64,000 nucleotides of DNA from IMG/VR virus record IMGVR_UViG_3300047547_000492; one strand, written 5' to 3'. Positions 40,058 through 49,916 of the stretch are shown in pieces. The position numbers and the translations under genes were made by a program. The stretch comes from an uncultured virus (IMG/VR IMGVR_UViG_3300047547_000492). Its lineage: Duplodnaviria > Heunggongvirae > Uroviricota > Caudoviricetes. Within the stretch, counting starts at the first letter, position 1. Each line of letters opens with the position of its first letter. The notes beneath the pieces are model-generated. The model was not told where the DNA came from, made no database searches, and saw nothing but the letters and a program-made list of their open reading frames with translations.

Positions 40058-40735
40058 TCACAATCCTGGTATGGGATCGCCCTGATACGGAGCGATCGGC
40101 GTCACGTTGGACACCAGACCGGATTTTCTGCGCGGAAGTTCGAGCCTGCTACCGAGGAGCACGCCCTGATTGTAGATCGCCAAAGTCTGACACAGTCTGG
40201 CGTCGCCGTACTGTGATTTACAGACGTCCTCGAATTCCACGTCCTCCGTGTACGGCACGTACGACGTCTTGAGGGAGATCTCCATCGGATCTTTGGGAAG
40301 CCGAGTGATCGTGATCCTCACGGGTCCGATCTGACGAACGATCCTGGAGCGGATCGCGTTGTCGCCTCCCCAGTATTCGAACGGAGCCTCGGGAAGCGAC
40401 GTGATGAATCCCTCAGCCACCATGGGTCCGTGAGCGAACGCGATCCTCGGCGGATGACCGAGCGCCTCATCGTTGGCGGCCAACTCGTTCAACCTCATCC
40501 ATGCCAACAACGGGTATGGGTCTAGGACCGTGGTTCCGATCGCCAAGAACTCAAACGACATCGTGGAGATGTTCACGCCGGTGTATTTGATGAACGGCTG
40601 AGCGCCGGCCACGCCTGGCTTCACCTGCCAGATCGGTTGACCCTTGTCCTCCTGGATCCTCGGGTCGAACTGTCCAACGACGGGAAGACTCAGGACATTG
40701 TCCATGTTGATCATGGTCCAGGTCGGAAGACTCAC
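40058..40735 (-). CDS. Tail tube initiator with C-terminal LysM-like domain
   Basis: Follows the tape measure; HPPRIAF and YGDARLCQTLAIYN. Confidence 0.6.
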   Translation of the reverse strand: MSLPTWTMINMDNVLSLPVVGQFDPRIQEDKGQPIWQVKPGVAGAQPFIKYTGVNISTMSFEFLAIGTTVLDPYPLLAWMRLNELAANDEALGHPPRIAFAHGPMVAEGFITSLPEAPFEYWGGDNAIRSRIVRQIGPVRITITRLPKDPMEISLKTSYVPYTEDVEFEDVCKSQYGDARLCQTLAIYNQGVLLGSRLELPRRKSGLVSNVTPIAPYQGDPIPGL

Positions 40736-40736
40736 G

Positions 40737-43178
40737 TCAACTACCCCCCGCCACCTCGTTGAGACTCACGGGTCGTATCCTGGAATTGCCCTCGAGAACG
40801 AATCCAAGCTCCTCCGGGCTCATCGGGTCTCCTCCTCTGCCCGAGTTTCTGGCGCGCATCTCGGTCTGAACGGTGGTGTCGGCGATCTTCTGACCGTCGA
40901 TCTTGACCTCCACTGGAGCGGAGGCCTTGATCTCCATGTCCGGCATCTTGACCTCGACGCCATTTTTGAACAGCTGATCGGTCTTGAGGAACCCCTCTCT
41001 GATCACATCTCCAGCCGTTTCGAACCCCGCTGCAGCGCCGGCGATCTGATCCGCGGCCCATTGATTGTACGGACGAACAGCGTCGGCCAAGGACATCAAT
41101 CCGGCACCAGCCACATCCGTGATCGTCGAGAAGAACACCCTGAACGGCAGTAGGAGGGTATCGGCCACTCCGCCCAGGGTGGTCTTCAGGACGTTGCCCA
41201 GGGTCCCGGTGCCCGACACGAAGTCGAAGAACGCCTTGCCCACCCTGTAGATGTCGCTCACAAGATGTTTGAAGTGGGGCTGAAGTATGTGCGAGATCAG
41301 CCATCCGATGGTGTTGAACACGGCGACCACGGCAGAGGACGAGAACCATATGCCGTACCACAAGACGTTCGCGACATCCTGACCGAGGGTAGCCCACTTG
41401 TCCAAGTTGGTTTGACCGGCCTGGCCGAACATGATCCCAAACAACCCAAGGAGTTCCCCGAACGGAGCGACCATCCCCTTAAAGGCGGTCGAGATGTGGT
41501 CAACGGCCGCTGAGATCGCCGGACCTATGACACCGTAGAATGGGCGCCAGAACGCCATGAAGATCTCGACGGCCTTGAGAACACCGTCCTTGATCGACAC
41601 CGCAAATCGCCACATGGCTTGAGTCGCGCTCTCGCTATCGCGCTGATACGCCTTGAACGAGGCGTAGCCGATCACCAACGCGCCGGTCAAGGCCGTTATG
41701 GCGAAGATCGTGGCCGTCAGTCCCATCTGAAATAGTCCGAGCACCACGATGAGCACGGGCACGATGATACCAGACAGAGACGCTATGATCCCACCCACAG
41801 CCGTCGCTCCGCCGAGGACCAACGCCATGATCGGACCGATGGCGCTGCCTCCGACCGCCATGACACCCATCGCGACGCCGAACCCCATGATCGCCTTGTG
41901 CCAGCCCACGCCGACCTCGATCAGCGTCATGACCATGGGCTTGACGGCGGGCATGAAATATTCCCGCCATTCCTCGATCTTGTGCAGACCGTCGACGATC
42001 TTCTTCACAACGTTCACGATGTTCGGATCCAACTTGAGCATATCCTCGAGAGAGACATCCTCCGAGTGACCCATGAATATCGTGAAGGCCTTGCCGAACT
42101 GGTCGAAGAAGTCGATGGCTCCCTGGACCACCTCCTTCATGTCGAAGATCTCGATGAGCTTCTCTCCGATCATGTCGCCGATGATCTCAAGACTGTCTTG
42201 GAGCGTGGACACCTTGCCGAGCAGCGATTCGCCCAGCGCCCCAACGAGGTCGCGACCGCCTGTCTTGCTCTTGAACTGTCTCTCGATCTCGCTCAACACG
42301 GCCTTGGTGTAGGACTTGCTGCCAGCCGTGCCGGCGTCCTCGAACATCTTGGCGTTGAGCATGAGGCCGAAGGAGCTCTTGAGGATCTCGAATTCACCCA
42401 CGGTGGCCTGGACGATGCCCATACCGACATCTTCGACTTTGGATCCAGGACGCAGCGCCGATATATTGCCGGCCATCTTGAACAAGCGCTCGTTTTCGTT
42501 GACGTCGGTTCCGGTGATGTTGAGGAGCCTTTTGGACGCACCAATGACGTCGGCTCGAGCGAACGGGGTCGCGGCCGAGTATTGCGTGATCCGCTTCATG
42601 AGATCCTTGCTCTTGCTCTGATCACCCAACATGGCGTCGAAAGTGAGCTTGGATTGCTCCGTCACGGCTGCTGACTTGATCCACTCAGCGATGATTCCAG
42701 CGTCGCCGTGACCCCCGCCGCCACCCTCACCGTGCCCGCCCATAGCCCCGGCCAGCGCGTGCGCCGACGCCTCCTGAAGGAACGCTCTGAGACCACCGTG
42801 AGCCTCCTTGGTCGTATGAACGATCCCCTTCAGAATCCCATGGGTCTTTTGAAGATGCGCGTGGTGGCCGCCACGGACAGGCGTTCCGTTGAGCTGGTTG
42901 ATGGCGATCCGCGCCTCATGCACGAACCTCGTGAACGAGCTGAGGGTCTGAGAGGCGATCCTGACGTTTCGCTGCCAGGGACTGACCGGAATCGGCTTGA
43001 GCTTGAGCTCCATGGCGCGAAGGAAGTCCTTCACGCTCATGCCGGTCTTCTTCGCTTGCTGCTGAACCATCGTCATCTCTTTGTCGGTCGCCTTCAACAG
43101 CCGAACGAATCTCTGGTTCGCCAGAGTCGCACCCTGGGTGTTGAATATCAGCTGGGCGGCTATGGTGAACAGTCCCAC
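40737..43178 (-). CDS. Tape measure protein
   Basis: FDAMLG...YSAATPF and STLQD motifs; helical and hydrophobic; follows the chaperone genes. Confidence 0.88.
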   Translation of the reverse strand: MGLFTIAAQLIFNTQGATLANQRFVRLLKATDKEMTMVQQQAKKTGMSVKDFLRAMELKLKPIPVSPWQRNVRIASQTLSSFTRFVHEARIAINQLNGTPVRGGHHAHLQKTHGILKGIVHTTKEAHGGLRAFLQEASAHALAGAMGGHGEGGGGGHGDAGIIAEWIKSAAVTEQSKLTFDAMLGDQSKSKDLMKRITQYSAATPFARADVIGASKRLLNITGTDVNENERLFKMAGNISALRPGSKVEDVGMGIVQATVGEFEILKSSFGLMLNAKMFEDAGTAGSKSYTKAVLSEIERQFKSKTGGRDLVGALGESLLGKVSTLQDSLEIIGDMIGEKLIEIFDMKEVVQGAIDFFDQFGKAFTIFMGHSEDVSLEDMLKLDPNIVNVVKKIVDGLHKIEEWREYFMPAVKPMVMTLIEVGVGWHKAIMGFGVAMGVMAVGGSAIGPIMALVLGGATAVGGIIASLSGIIVPVLIVVLGLFQMGLTATIFAITALTGALVIGYASFKAYQRDSESATQAMWRFAVSIKDGVLKAVEIFMAFWRPFYGVIGPAISAAVDHISTAFKGMVAPFGELLGLFGIMFGQAGQTNLDKWATLGQDVANVLWYGIWFSSSAVVAVFNTIGWLISHILQPHFKHLVSDIYRVGKAFFDFVSGTGTLGNVLKTTLGGVADTLLLPFRVFFSTITDVAGAGLMSLADAVRPYNQWAADQIAGAAAGFETAGDVIREGFLKTDQLFKNGVEVKMPDMEIKASAPVEVKIDGQKIADTTVQTEMRARNSGRGGDPMSPEELGFVLEGNSRIRPVSLNEVAGGS

Positions 43179-43192
43179 TCGTCACTCCAGCA

Positions 43193-43423
43193 TCAACCGA
43201 CGATCTTGTCCCAGTCCTTGGACAGCCTCTTCAACCAGTATTTGACGTATGTCCAGCGCTGATTTTTCAAGGTCTCGGGGTCCATCATCTGGAATCCCCC
43301 CGACGATCCTCCTCTCCCTGGGATGCCTCGCATGAACGTGTACGCCAGATCGGCGTAGTCCTGAAGCTCTATCCCAAAGAAATCGGTCTCGGTGATCGGC
43401 CTCAGAGACCCTGGTCGAAAGGG
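43193..43423 (-). CDS. Tail assembly chaperone, frameshifted (GT-type) extension
   Basis: Overlaps the upstream ORF in the -1 frame at the slippery site; no obvious RBS of its own. Confidence 0.65.
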   Translation of the reverse strand, partial: PFRPGSLRPITETDFFGIELQDYADLAYTFMRGIPGRGGSSGGFQMMDPETLKNQRWTYVKYWLKRLSKDWDKIVG

Positions 43424-44214
43424 ATCGACGCCTCCGTACCGCACTGCGGACACGGGAAGTCGAAGCTCCTGTTCAGATGCGGCACAACCCTGTCCATCGC
43501 CTCGCTGATCTCCTCGATGAGCTTCATGCGCATCTGCATGGCTTCGCCTTGTCGAGAGAGCATCCGTGGAGGACCGTCAGCGATGGATCCGTCCGGCTTC
43601 CGGGCGCGAACCCTGAGGCACGAGACGACGCGGTTGGTCCTGACGACCTCGTGATTGGTCCAGGAATTGTCTGGAACGTGGATCCTCGCCGCCATCCACG
43701 TCGGATCGACGATGTAGAGCTCCGCCGACTGGATGGTCGGCGGAAGGATCGACCTGTCCGCTGGCTCGAACGGGAACACTGCGTCTGGCCCACCGATCGG
43801 TGCAGCCCTGTGCAGCACCTCGATGCCACCGAACGGGATCTCCGTGTGGGGATGACCGCACACCGGACAGTTGACCCCGCCCTCCTTCAGACGCACCGAC
43901 GTGCCACTGTTCTGAGCGGTCCAGGCCATGGACAGGAATTGGACATCGGAATCGAGCATCGATCCCATGAAGTCGACCTGGTCCTTGACCTTCATGCCGA
44001 GAAACTCGTGGCCAGCCACCGATTTGGTGGTGATGCACGCTTGTCGAGCCTTCCTCTTCCAGGGCACCTTCTCGTCGACCTCGGAGACCTTCAACCCGAT
44101 GCCGACGGTGTCAGGCATGAGTTCGAATTCGTTGCCGGAAGGAAGCCTGCCCTCCCTGAACATGTCTTCGAATTTCGCCCTGGCGAGATGTTCCACGATA
44201 CCCTCCTGAGACAC
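43402..44214 (-). CDS. Tail assembly chaperone with two CxxC motifs
   Basis: Between tube and tape measure; CPVCG and CPQCG. Confidence 0.7.
   Translation of the reverse strand: MSQEGIVEHLARAKFEDMFREGRLPSGNEFELMPDTVGIGLKVSEVDEKVPWKRKARQACITTKSVAGHEFLGMKVKDQVDFMGSMLDSDVQFLSMAWTAQNSGTSVRLKEGGVNCPVCGHPHTEIPFGGIEVLHRAAPIGGPDAVFPFEPADRSILPPTIQSAELYIVDPTWMAARIHVPDNSWTNHEVVRTNRVVSCLRVRARKPDGSIADGPPRMLSRQGEAMQMRMKLIEEISEAMDRVVPHLNRSFDFPCPQCGTEASIPFDQGL
43417..43423 (-). other. -1 programmed ribosomal frameshift heptamer C CCT TTC
   Basis: XXXYYYZ in the correct phase, shortly before the chaperone stop; the -1 frame stays open to 43193. Confidence 0.75.
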
Positions 44215-44232
44215 GGATTCAACTGCGCATCA

Positions 44233-44673
44233 TCACGGGCCGATGCGCTTGGCCCTCGAGTACGAGATGGTGAAGGTGTTCACGGCGACCTCGGCTCCGT
44301 CGAGCTTCATCCCCGTTGCCTCGAACTGCTTGCAGATGCAGTTCGACAGCTCGAAGATCTCCACAGGAACGTCCCCGGAGGTCATGATCGTCACGGTGCC
44401 GGTGGCTTGATGACCGGCCGCACCATTCTCGCACTTCTCCTTCCATGCGTGGAAGAGAGCGTTGGCCGGGTCATGGATCGGGATCGCGACGGTCAGGTCC
44501 TTCCGCATGGCCTTGCCGGTGGAATATCCTCGGCCGTCCGGACCGTCGACCACCTCCACCTCGTCGCCGAGCCCATCCACCGACGTCGCGTTGGCCTCGA
44601 CGACATGAGGAGAAAAGCTCACCGCAAAGTGGTTTGAGATCGCCGCGCCATCCGGAATTACGCGTGCAGACAT
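44233..44673 (-). CDS. Tail tube protein (T4 gp19-like)
   Basis: 146 aa directly after the sheath; FHAW...TGTVT...ELSNC...LDG. Confidence 0.8.
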   Translation of the reverse strand: MSARVIPDGAAISNHFAVSFSPHVVEANATSVDGLGDEVEVVDGPDGRGYSTGKAMRKDLTVAIPIHDPANALFHAWKEKCENGAAGHQATGTVTIMTSGDVPVEIFELSNCICKQFEATGMKLDGAEVAVNTFTISYSRAKRIGP

Positions 44674-44684
44674 GTGTTGACTCC

Positions 44685-47438
44685 TCAGCCGTTGGCGGTG
44701 AGCTCAGTCGGCGACAGGATGATCTTGAGATCCTCGAGCGCCGGCCTTGGACGATACTTCACGGATGCCGTGACCTGACCCTCGAGCAACGCCTCGGGAG
44801 GGTTCAGCGCCAGAGGAACTTCGACGAGCACCTGCTGCTCGAACCCCGGTGCCGTACCGCCGAGATCGCTGAACCAGCCGTCGTTGTAGTACGACTTCAT
44901 CTTGGTCCGCAGCGCCACCTGAACGTCGCCCAACCGCCGCGCCGAGATGCTCTTGAAGATGAACGGCCTGGTGGTCACGAACATGTCGCGCGCGATGTGA
45001 TAGTGGACGGAGCGCTCGGTGATGGTGTAGCGCCTGCCCTCCGGAGTTCGGCCGGCGGAGTACATCCTGTTGCCGAACAGATACACGTCCGGTCCCGACC
45101 AGATGACCGGAACGATGCCGTTGTCGTTGAGCAGCTTGATCGGCGGGGTCCACCTGCCCAGCTCGTCGGACAGCCCCTTGACTCGGGGGCTGAGCTTCCC
45201 CTGGGGATTGTTGTTCGCGGTCGCGATGTGGTAGCCCTTCTCTCCATCGATGCCGACGTTGGCCATTCGCGACCTGAGACCGAGCCACATGCCCGACAGC
45301 GACCGGGTCACGAGTCGAGTCTTGTCCACGGAGAGGAACTTGGCCCTCGACGGGAAAAGGTGCAGCACGAAGTCCGACTCCGACTCATTGGTCACCATGT
45401 CGTCGACCGCCCCTTCTCCCGGAGAGGCGAGCGACTCGATGGACGACGCGAATTCAGCGACGTACTGCCATCCGTTCTTGGCCACCAGAGCCCCGGCGGC
45501 GTCCTTGACGGCGGTAGCGTTCACGCCCGGAGTGGCGACGGTGACCAGACCGAGGTTCCTGTTCATGTGACACTGGAACAGGGACGAGTCCAGGTCCAGT
45601 CCGATGACATATCGAGCCGTGGCCGGCGCAGCACCGTCGTAGCCGCCCCACATGGGCCACCGAGCTTCGATGCGGAACGGAACACCGTCGGAGCCGAGGT
45701 GAGTGGTCGCGTTCGTGATACCGAGCGCGGTGTGGCCGGTTCCGGCTCCGGTGAGAATACTGGTCCTCGTCCCGTACGATCCGTTGAGCCTGATCCTCAG
45801 GAAGTTGTTCCCGGTACCTCCAGCCGAGAACACGAAGATGGAATTCGTGTCGAGAGCGGTCAATGCCGCGGCGATGAGCGTGGCTCCGAGGACGGCGGTG
45901 CTGAAGGTCAGGGTGACAGCCGGCATGCCGTCCGGAGTCAGGATCACCGTGTGTCCGATCGTCGACGTGACGGCCGAGAGGTTCTGCGTACACACGAAGT
46001 CAGGAGACGCCCCGGCTTCGGAATCGTAATCAGCCAGGTCCAGGTCCGACCTGACGGTCACGCTGTTGTACGTGTTGCTGACGATCCTGAGCCGCTGGTT
46101 GCTGTTGCCGTCGGCGGACAACAACACCGGGTACAGGTACGCCTCGCGACGATACAGATCATGCGGGAGCGAGTTGATCCGGAGCTTCAAGGTGTCGCCA
46201 GCGATGAACGCCACGCCGCCGGCGATCACGTTGAACCCTGCGAGCTGCGGATGGCCGGGGCTGTACGGAGTGGCGACGGTTCCGGAGGTGAGCGTCTGGC
46301 TGGTGCCGTCGGGCCACGTCACGGCCACGTCGAACGTGGTGGCAGCGGTGAAGGTCAGAACGTAGACGTGCGGTTCTACGGATCCAGCGTCGACCGGCGA
46401 CACGCTGATGATCCGGCCGGTGCCAGTGGATCCCGCGCCTCGACTCCATCGATACCACTGGTAGGTGAGAGTCGCACCGGATACGGCGGTGGGAACCTCG
46501 GAGAAGTTGCATGGCAGGAACGTCTCGACGGTCTCGCCGGCGTACGCGGTCTCGATCTCGAGCTGGTACTTGTTCTCCTCGCCATCGGAGATCGTCCTGA
46601 TCCAGGGTCGATCATCCGACTGGGACAGGGCCAGTCCATCGTACCGACTGACCACCTCGAAGTCCGACCCCGTCTTGAACTTCCGCATCGCGGTCAGCGA
46701 GAACCTGCTGCCGACCACGGTGTCCTGAGCGACGACAACGCTCAGTTCCTTGTCGTGGTCAAGAACGATTCTGAACCGTCCGTCGATGGCTCCGGATCCG
46801 GTGGCATCCTGAGCCGCCTGAGAGAACTCGCCCTTGATCGTCGCGATCCCTGCCGTCGTGTTCGACACGATCTCGTACGGACTCGAGGTATCTCCCTCGA
46901 GATAGAGCAGAGCGCCAGCCAGAACGTTTTCCAGCATGGTGGCCGGAATCTCGGCGGCCGTCGCCAGATCCACCGTGGTGGAGGTCAGGTCCGTCGCGAT
47001 GGCGTTCAGGTCTCCAACCAGGACCCGCTTGCGCCCGCCCCATCGACCACCGTTCTGAGCGAAGGCCTGGGCCAATGGGGCCCTGTCGGTGTTGAGGGCC
47101 GGACTTCCACGACTGAACGACCTGCTGGGATTGCGATCCCACAGGTCAGCGCGGGCCTTGACTTCCAGCCCATCGGTCACGCGTGCGATCAGGACAGTCG
47201 GCGTGTCCAACGAATACACGTCATCGAGGGCCAGAGACGCCTCGAAGTTGTCGTCAGGATCACCCGAGATCAGCCTGGACAGCGCCGGGGTGGCGGAGAT
47301 GGCCGCCCGGGTCACCGGACCAGACGCGAACTGACCGACCAGGGCGGACGTTCCGCGAGGCGCCGGAGGAAGACCCTGGGCGGCCTCGCGCAGCTCCACC
47401 GTGGTGCCCGGTCCGTCGGGAATGAGAACGAGTGACAT
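44685..47438 (-). CDS. Contractile tail sheath protein (long, 917 aa)
   Basis: PGTTVE, ALVGQFASGP, GRWG, LNDNGIVPV...FGNRM and YRPRPALE. Confidence 0.9.
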   Translation of the reverse strand: MSLVLIPDGPGTTVELREAAQGLPPAPRGTSALVGQFASGPVTRAAISATPALSRLISGDPDDNFEASLALDDVYSLDTPTVLIARVTDGLEVKARADLWDRNPSRSFSRGSPALNTDRAPLAQAFAQNGGRWGGRKRVLVGDLNAIATDLTSTTVDLATAAEIPATMLENVLAGALLYLEGDTSSPYEIVSNTTAGIATIKGEFSQAAQDATGSGAIDGRFRIVLDHDKELSVVVAQDTVVGSRFSLTAMRKFKTGSDFEVVSRYDGLALSQSDDRPWIRTISDGEENKYQLEIETAYAGETVETFLPCNFSEVPTAVSGATLTYQWYRWSRGAGSTGTGRIISVSPVDAGSVEPHVYVLTFTAATTFDVAVTWPDGTSQTLTSGTVATPYSPGHPQLAGFNVIAGGVAFIAGDTLKLRINSLPHDLYRREAYLYPVLLSADGNSNQRLRIVSNTYNSVTVRSDLDLADYDSEAGASPDFVCTQNLSAVTSTIGHTVILTPDGMPAVTLTFSTAVLGATLIAAALTALDTNSIFVFSAGGTGNNFLRIRLNGSYGTRTSILTGAGTGHTALGITNATTHLGSDGVPFRIEARWPMWGGYDGAAPATARYVIGLDLDSSLFQCHMNRNLGLVTVATPGVNATAVKDAAGALVAKNGWQYVAEFASSIESLASPGEGAVDDMVTNESESDFVLHLFPSRAKFLSVDKTRLVTRSLSGMWLGLRSRMANVGIDGEKGYHIATANNNPQGKLSPRVKGLSDELGRWTPPIKLLNDNGIVPVIWSGPDVYLFGNRMYSAGRTPEGRRYTITERSVHYHIARDMFVTTRPFIFKSISARRLGDVQVALRTKMKSYYNDGWFSDLGGTAPGFEQQVLVEVPLALNPPEALLEGQVTASVKYRPRPALEDLKIILSPTELTANG

Positions 47439-47450
47439 TGCGCTCTCCTC

Positions 47451-48716
47451 TCAGTGGTGGCAACTGCGGTCTTCGACGGCTTCGTTGTCGACGGTCTCTT
47501 GGACACCGTCTGGAAGCTCGACATCGACCGTAGTCCGAACAGGTTGCATGTCGTCCGTACGAGACCGCCGGATCTGCCTGGCAGACACGTACTCCATGAA
47601 CGCGCAGTTGACCTTGCCGCTGGTCATGGGGAGATTGCCTCCCCCCTGGACAGCGACATCTACCAGCGAATCGACAAATCCGAACACCTGACGGCCACTC
47701 GGCATCGTGACCGGCACCCCATAGGCCGTGGCCTGCTGCAGAGCCGCGCGCATGGCCAGCGCGTCCACTGTCCTGGAGGCCACGCCGTTGATGGTCATGC
47801 GGAGTTCCACTCTTCGTACGGCCACCTCGTACCCACCGATCGACACCTTGGTGGTGAACCCGTTCATGGCCTGGTCCGCTCCGACCAGGTTCTGGACCCA
47901 CCACGCTGGAACCTGATGGAGGACGTCGACGTGCTCGGTGCGTCGAACGGTGATGTTCGGTTTGAACTTCGCCGCGATCTCGATGGTTTGGCCCTTGCGT
48001 CCCGGTGGGCCGACGAGAGTGACGATACCGTCGGCGAGAGTGGCGCTCTTGTGAGATCCGTCGAGCGTCACCTGGACCAGTTCCACGACGTTGAGGTTGA
48101 TCTCCGTGTACGGTTCACCGATCTTCCATGACTGTTGGTCCTCAGATAGAACCTCGGAATGAACCATCAGTGGATGAACGCTGGACACGAACTCAGCGAC
48201 GCTTCTGACCGCGTGTGCCGTGGCACCGTGCCACGTCGGCAGGTCCATCAACACTCTGATCTCGACGACTCGAGGATTTCGATCGAATTCGGTTCTCACC
48301 AGGTGAACCGAGAATCCCAGGTTCGGACTGGTCCACAGATCGAGGTTGTTGAGGAGCGAAGCTTCAGACCACTGGACGTCCCATTGAGACGGGTCGTCCA
48401 CCTCGGTGACCTCCAGATTGTTCTCCTCGTCGAAGAAGTACGTCTTCACGCCGTCGGTCAGGCGCACTCTGACGGAATCCTGAGCAAAATCGCCAACGAT
48501 CTCTGCGGCCATCCATCTGACCATCTTGGATGGGTGAACGAGCTCGAACGACATAGTGCCTTCGGCGCTCTCGAGAGGATGACCGGAGATGGACACGACG
48601 CCGAATCTGGCCTCCAGATCTCCAGACTTCGACGCGTCGAGCGCTTTGAGATTCACTACCTCGACGGTCACAGGTGCCCCACATCGTCGATCGGAGTGAA
48701 GAACTTCGGCGTCCAC
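47451..48716 (-). CDS. Putative tail terminator / neck protein
   Basis: Position directly before the sheath; real start probably near 48671. Confidence 0.45.
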   Translation of the reverse strand: MDAEVLHSDRRCGAPVTVEVVNLKALDASKSGDLEARFGVVSISGHPLESAEGTMSFELVHPSKMVRWMAAEIVGDFAQDSVRVRLTDGVKTYFFDEENNLEVTEVDDPSQWDVQWSEASLLNNLDLWTSPNLGFSVHLVRTEFDRNPRVVEIRVLMDLPTWHGATAHAVRSVAEFVSSVHPLMVHSEVLSEDQQSWKIGEPYTEINLNVVELVQVTLDGSHKSATLADGIVTLVGPPGRKGQTIEIAAKFKPNITVRRTEHVDVLHQVPAWWVQNLVGADQAMNGFTTKVSIGGYEVAVRRVELRMTINGVASRTVDALAMRAALQQATAYGVPVTMPSGRQVFGFVDSLVDVAVQGGGNLPMTSGKVNCAFMEYVSARQIRRSRTDDMQPVRTTVDVELPDGVQETVDNEAVEDRSCHH

Positions 48717-49417
48717 GGCACGTTGGCCGGACGCTGGCTGGAGATCGATTTGGGGTCGAACTTTCCCCTGATGACGGCCTCGGCCACCAGACCGAGGACC
48801 TTGCCCATCCTCTCAGACGTGAGGAAGTGGGCGTGAGGACGGGCCGGAACCAGCCAGATGCCCTGGGTACCGAATCCTTCGCTGAGGAAGTGCTCCTTCC
48901 CTCCGGCGATATCGGATGCCTGATGGAACAGGTGGTTCTTCTGCTGCTCCGTGGGCACGAATGCGTACCCGCGGTCATGCAGGAATGCGATGGTCGCCCA
49001 GTCCTTGTGCCACGTGATGACTGTGGGGCGCCGATTTCTCACACCTCCGGTCCGTCCGGCCTTGATGACCACGATGTAGTCGGCCAGTCCAGACAAAGGC
49101 GGGTGGACGCCATGGATGATCTGGGTGAGGACGGAATTCTCAGGGTCGATCCCCTCGCGAATGAACGCCTGGTACATGGCGGCCATGATCATGGCTGCGG
49201 CGTCTTGAACATCGTGGGTGCATCGTCTCCACGCATTCGACAGACCGCCGAGTCGACCGATGAACCTGCCCCACTCCTTCCGCCAGTCTCCGCTTCCGCC
49301 GATCTTGAAGTGGAGTTGTCGGGTCAGCGCCGGATCAGCCAGAGAACCGTCCGTCCCCTTGACGGTTCCACTACCCGCCTCGGACATCTCTGGCAACATG
49401 TTCGGCAGCTTGGCCAA
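48668..49417 (-). CDS. Putative neck / virion morphogenesis protein
   Basis: IAFLHDRG...VPARPH resembles tail-completion proteins; synteny. Confidence 0.5.
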   Translation of the reverse strand: MAKLPNMLPEMSEAGSGTVKGTDGSLADPALTRQLHFKIGGSGDWRKEWGRFIGRLGGLSNAWRRCTHDVQDAAAMIMAAMYQAFIREGIDPENSVLTQIIHGVHPPLSGLADYIVVIKAGRTGGVRNRRPTVITWHKDWATIAFLHDRGYAFVPTEQQKNHLFHQASDIAGGKEHFLSEGFGTQGIWLVPARPHAHFLTSERMGKVLGLVAEAVIRGKFDPKSISSQRPANVPWTPKFFTPIDDVGHL

Positions 49418-49484
49418 CTCGACACTCCGACCCTGATAGAATAACTGGGACGGCGAGTGTCCGCCAGCGGTTCACCGCCGCGCG

Positions 49485-49916
49485 TCAATCGTTTCGCGTC
49501 GAAGGCCTCAACACAGGATCCTGATTGGCGAGGAGCAACCTGTATCCGGCGAATCCACCGGAAGGATTCCTCTTTGAGGCCTTGATCGGGTAGGCCGGCT
49601 GAACGTCGATGATGAAGAGCTTTTGGCCATCGGCCAACTCGATCAGATCGTTGAATCTGGGCGTCCAATCAGATCCGGCAGGAACATCCATTGTCCTGAA
49701 AATGGCGATCGCTCTGACATCACGTTCACGTCCCGGAGCGCCTGACCTGGGGCCGGTCCCTGACACGTAGGAGACCTGCATCTTCAACGGGCCGATCGCC
49801 GGTCCCCTGACATCTCTGGTGATCGCCGAAGCATCACCGAAGACATCGCCTTCGGACGGTTTGATCGGCCTGACCGTGATCTTTTGAGCCCTGACGACCC
49901 TCGGTCTCACGGACAC
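49485..49916 (-). CDS. Putative head closure protein
   Basis: 143-aa beta-rich protein after the adaptor; synteny. Confidence 0.5.
   Translation of the reverse strand: MSVRPRVVRAQKITVRPIKPSEGDVFGDASAITRDVRGPAIGPLKMQVSYVSGTGPRSGAPGRERDVRAIAIFRTMDVPAGSDWTPRFNDLIELADGQKLFIIDVQPAYPIKASKRNPSGGFAGYRLLLANQDPVLRPSTRND

Noticed and set aside
44445..47435. 996-aa + strand ORF and similar long antisense ORFs (e.g. 34066-35508, 8854-9906)
   Set aside because: These are shadow frames opposite well-supported genes in GC-rich DNA, with no motifs.
38843..47438. Extracellular contractile injection system or tailocin
   Set aside because: Capsid, protease, terminase and a full replication module are present, indicating a phage.
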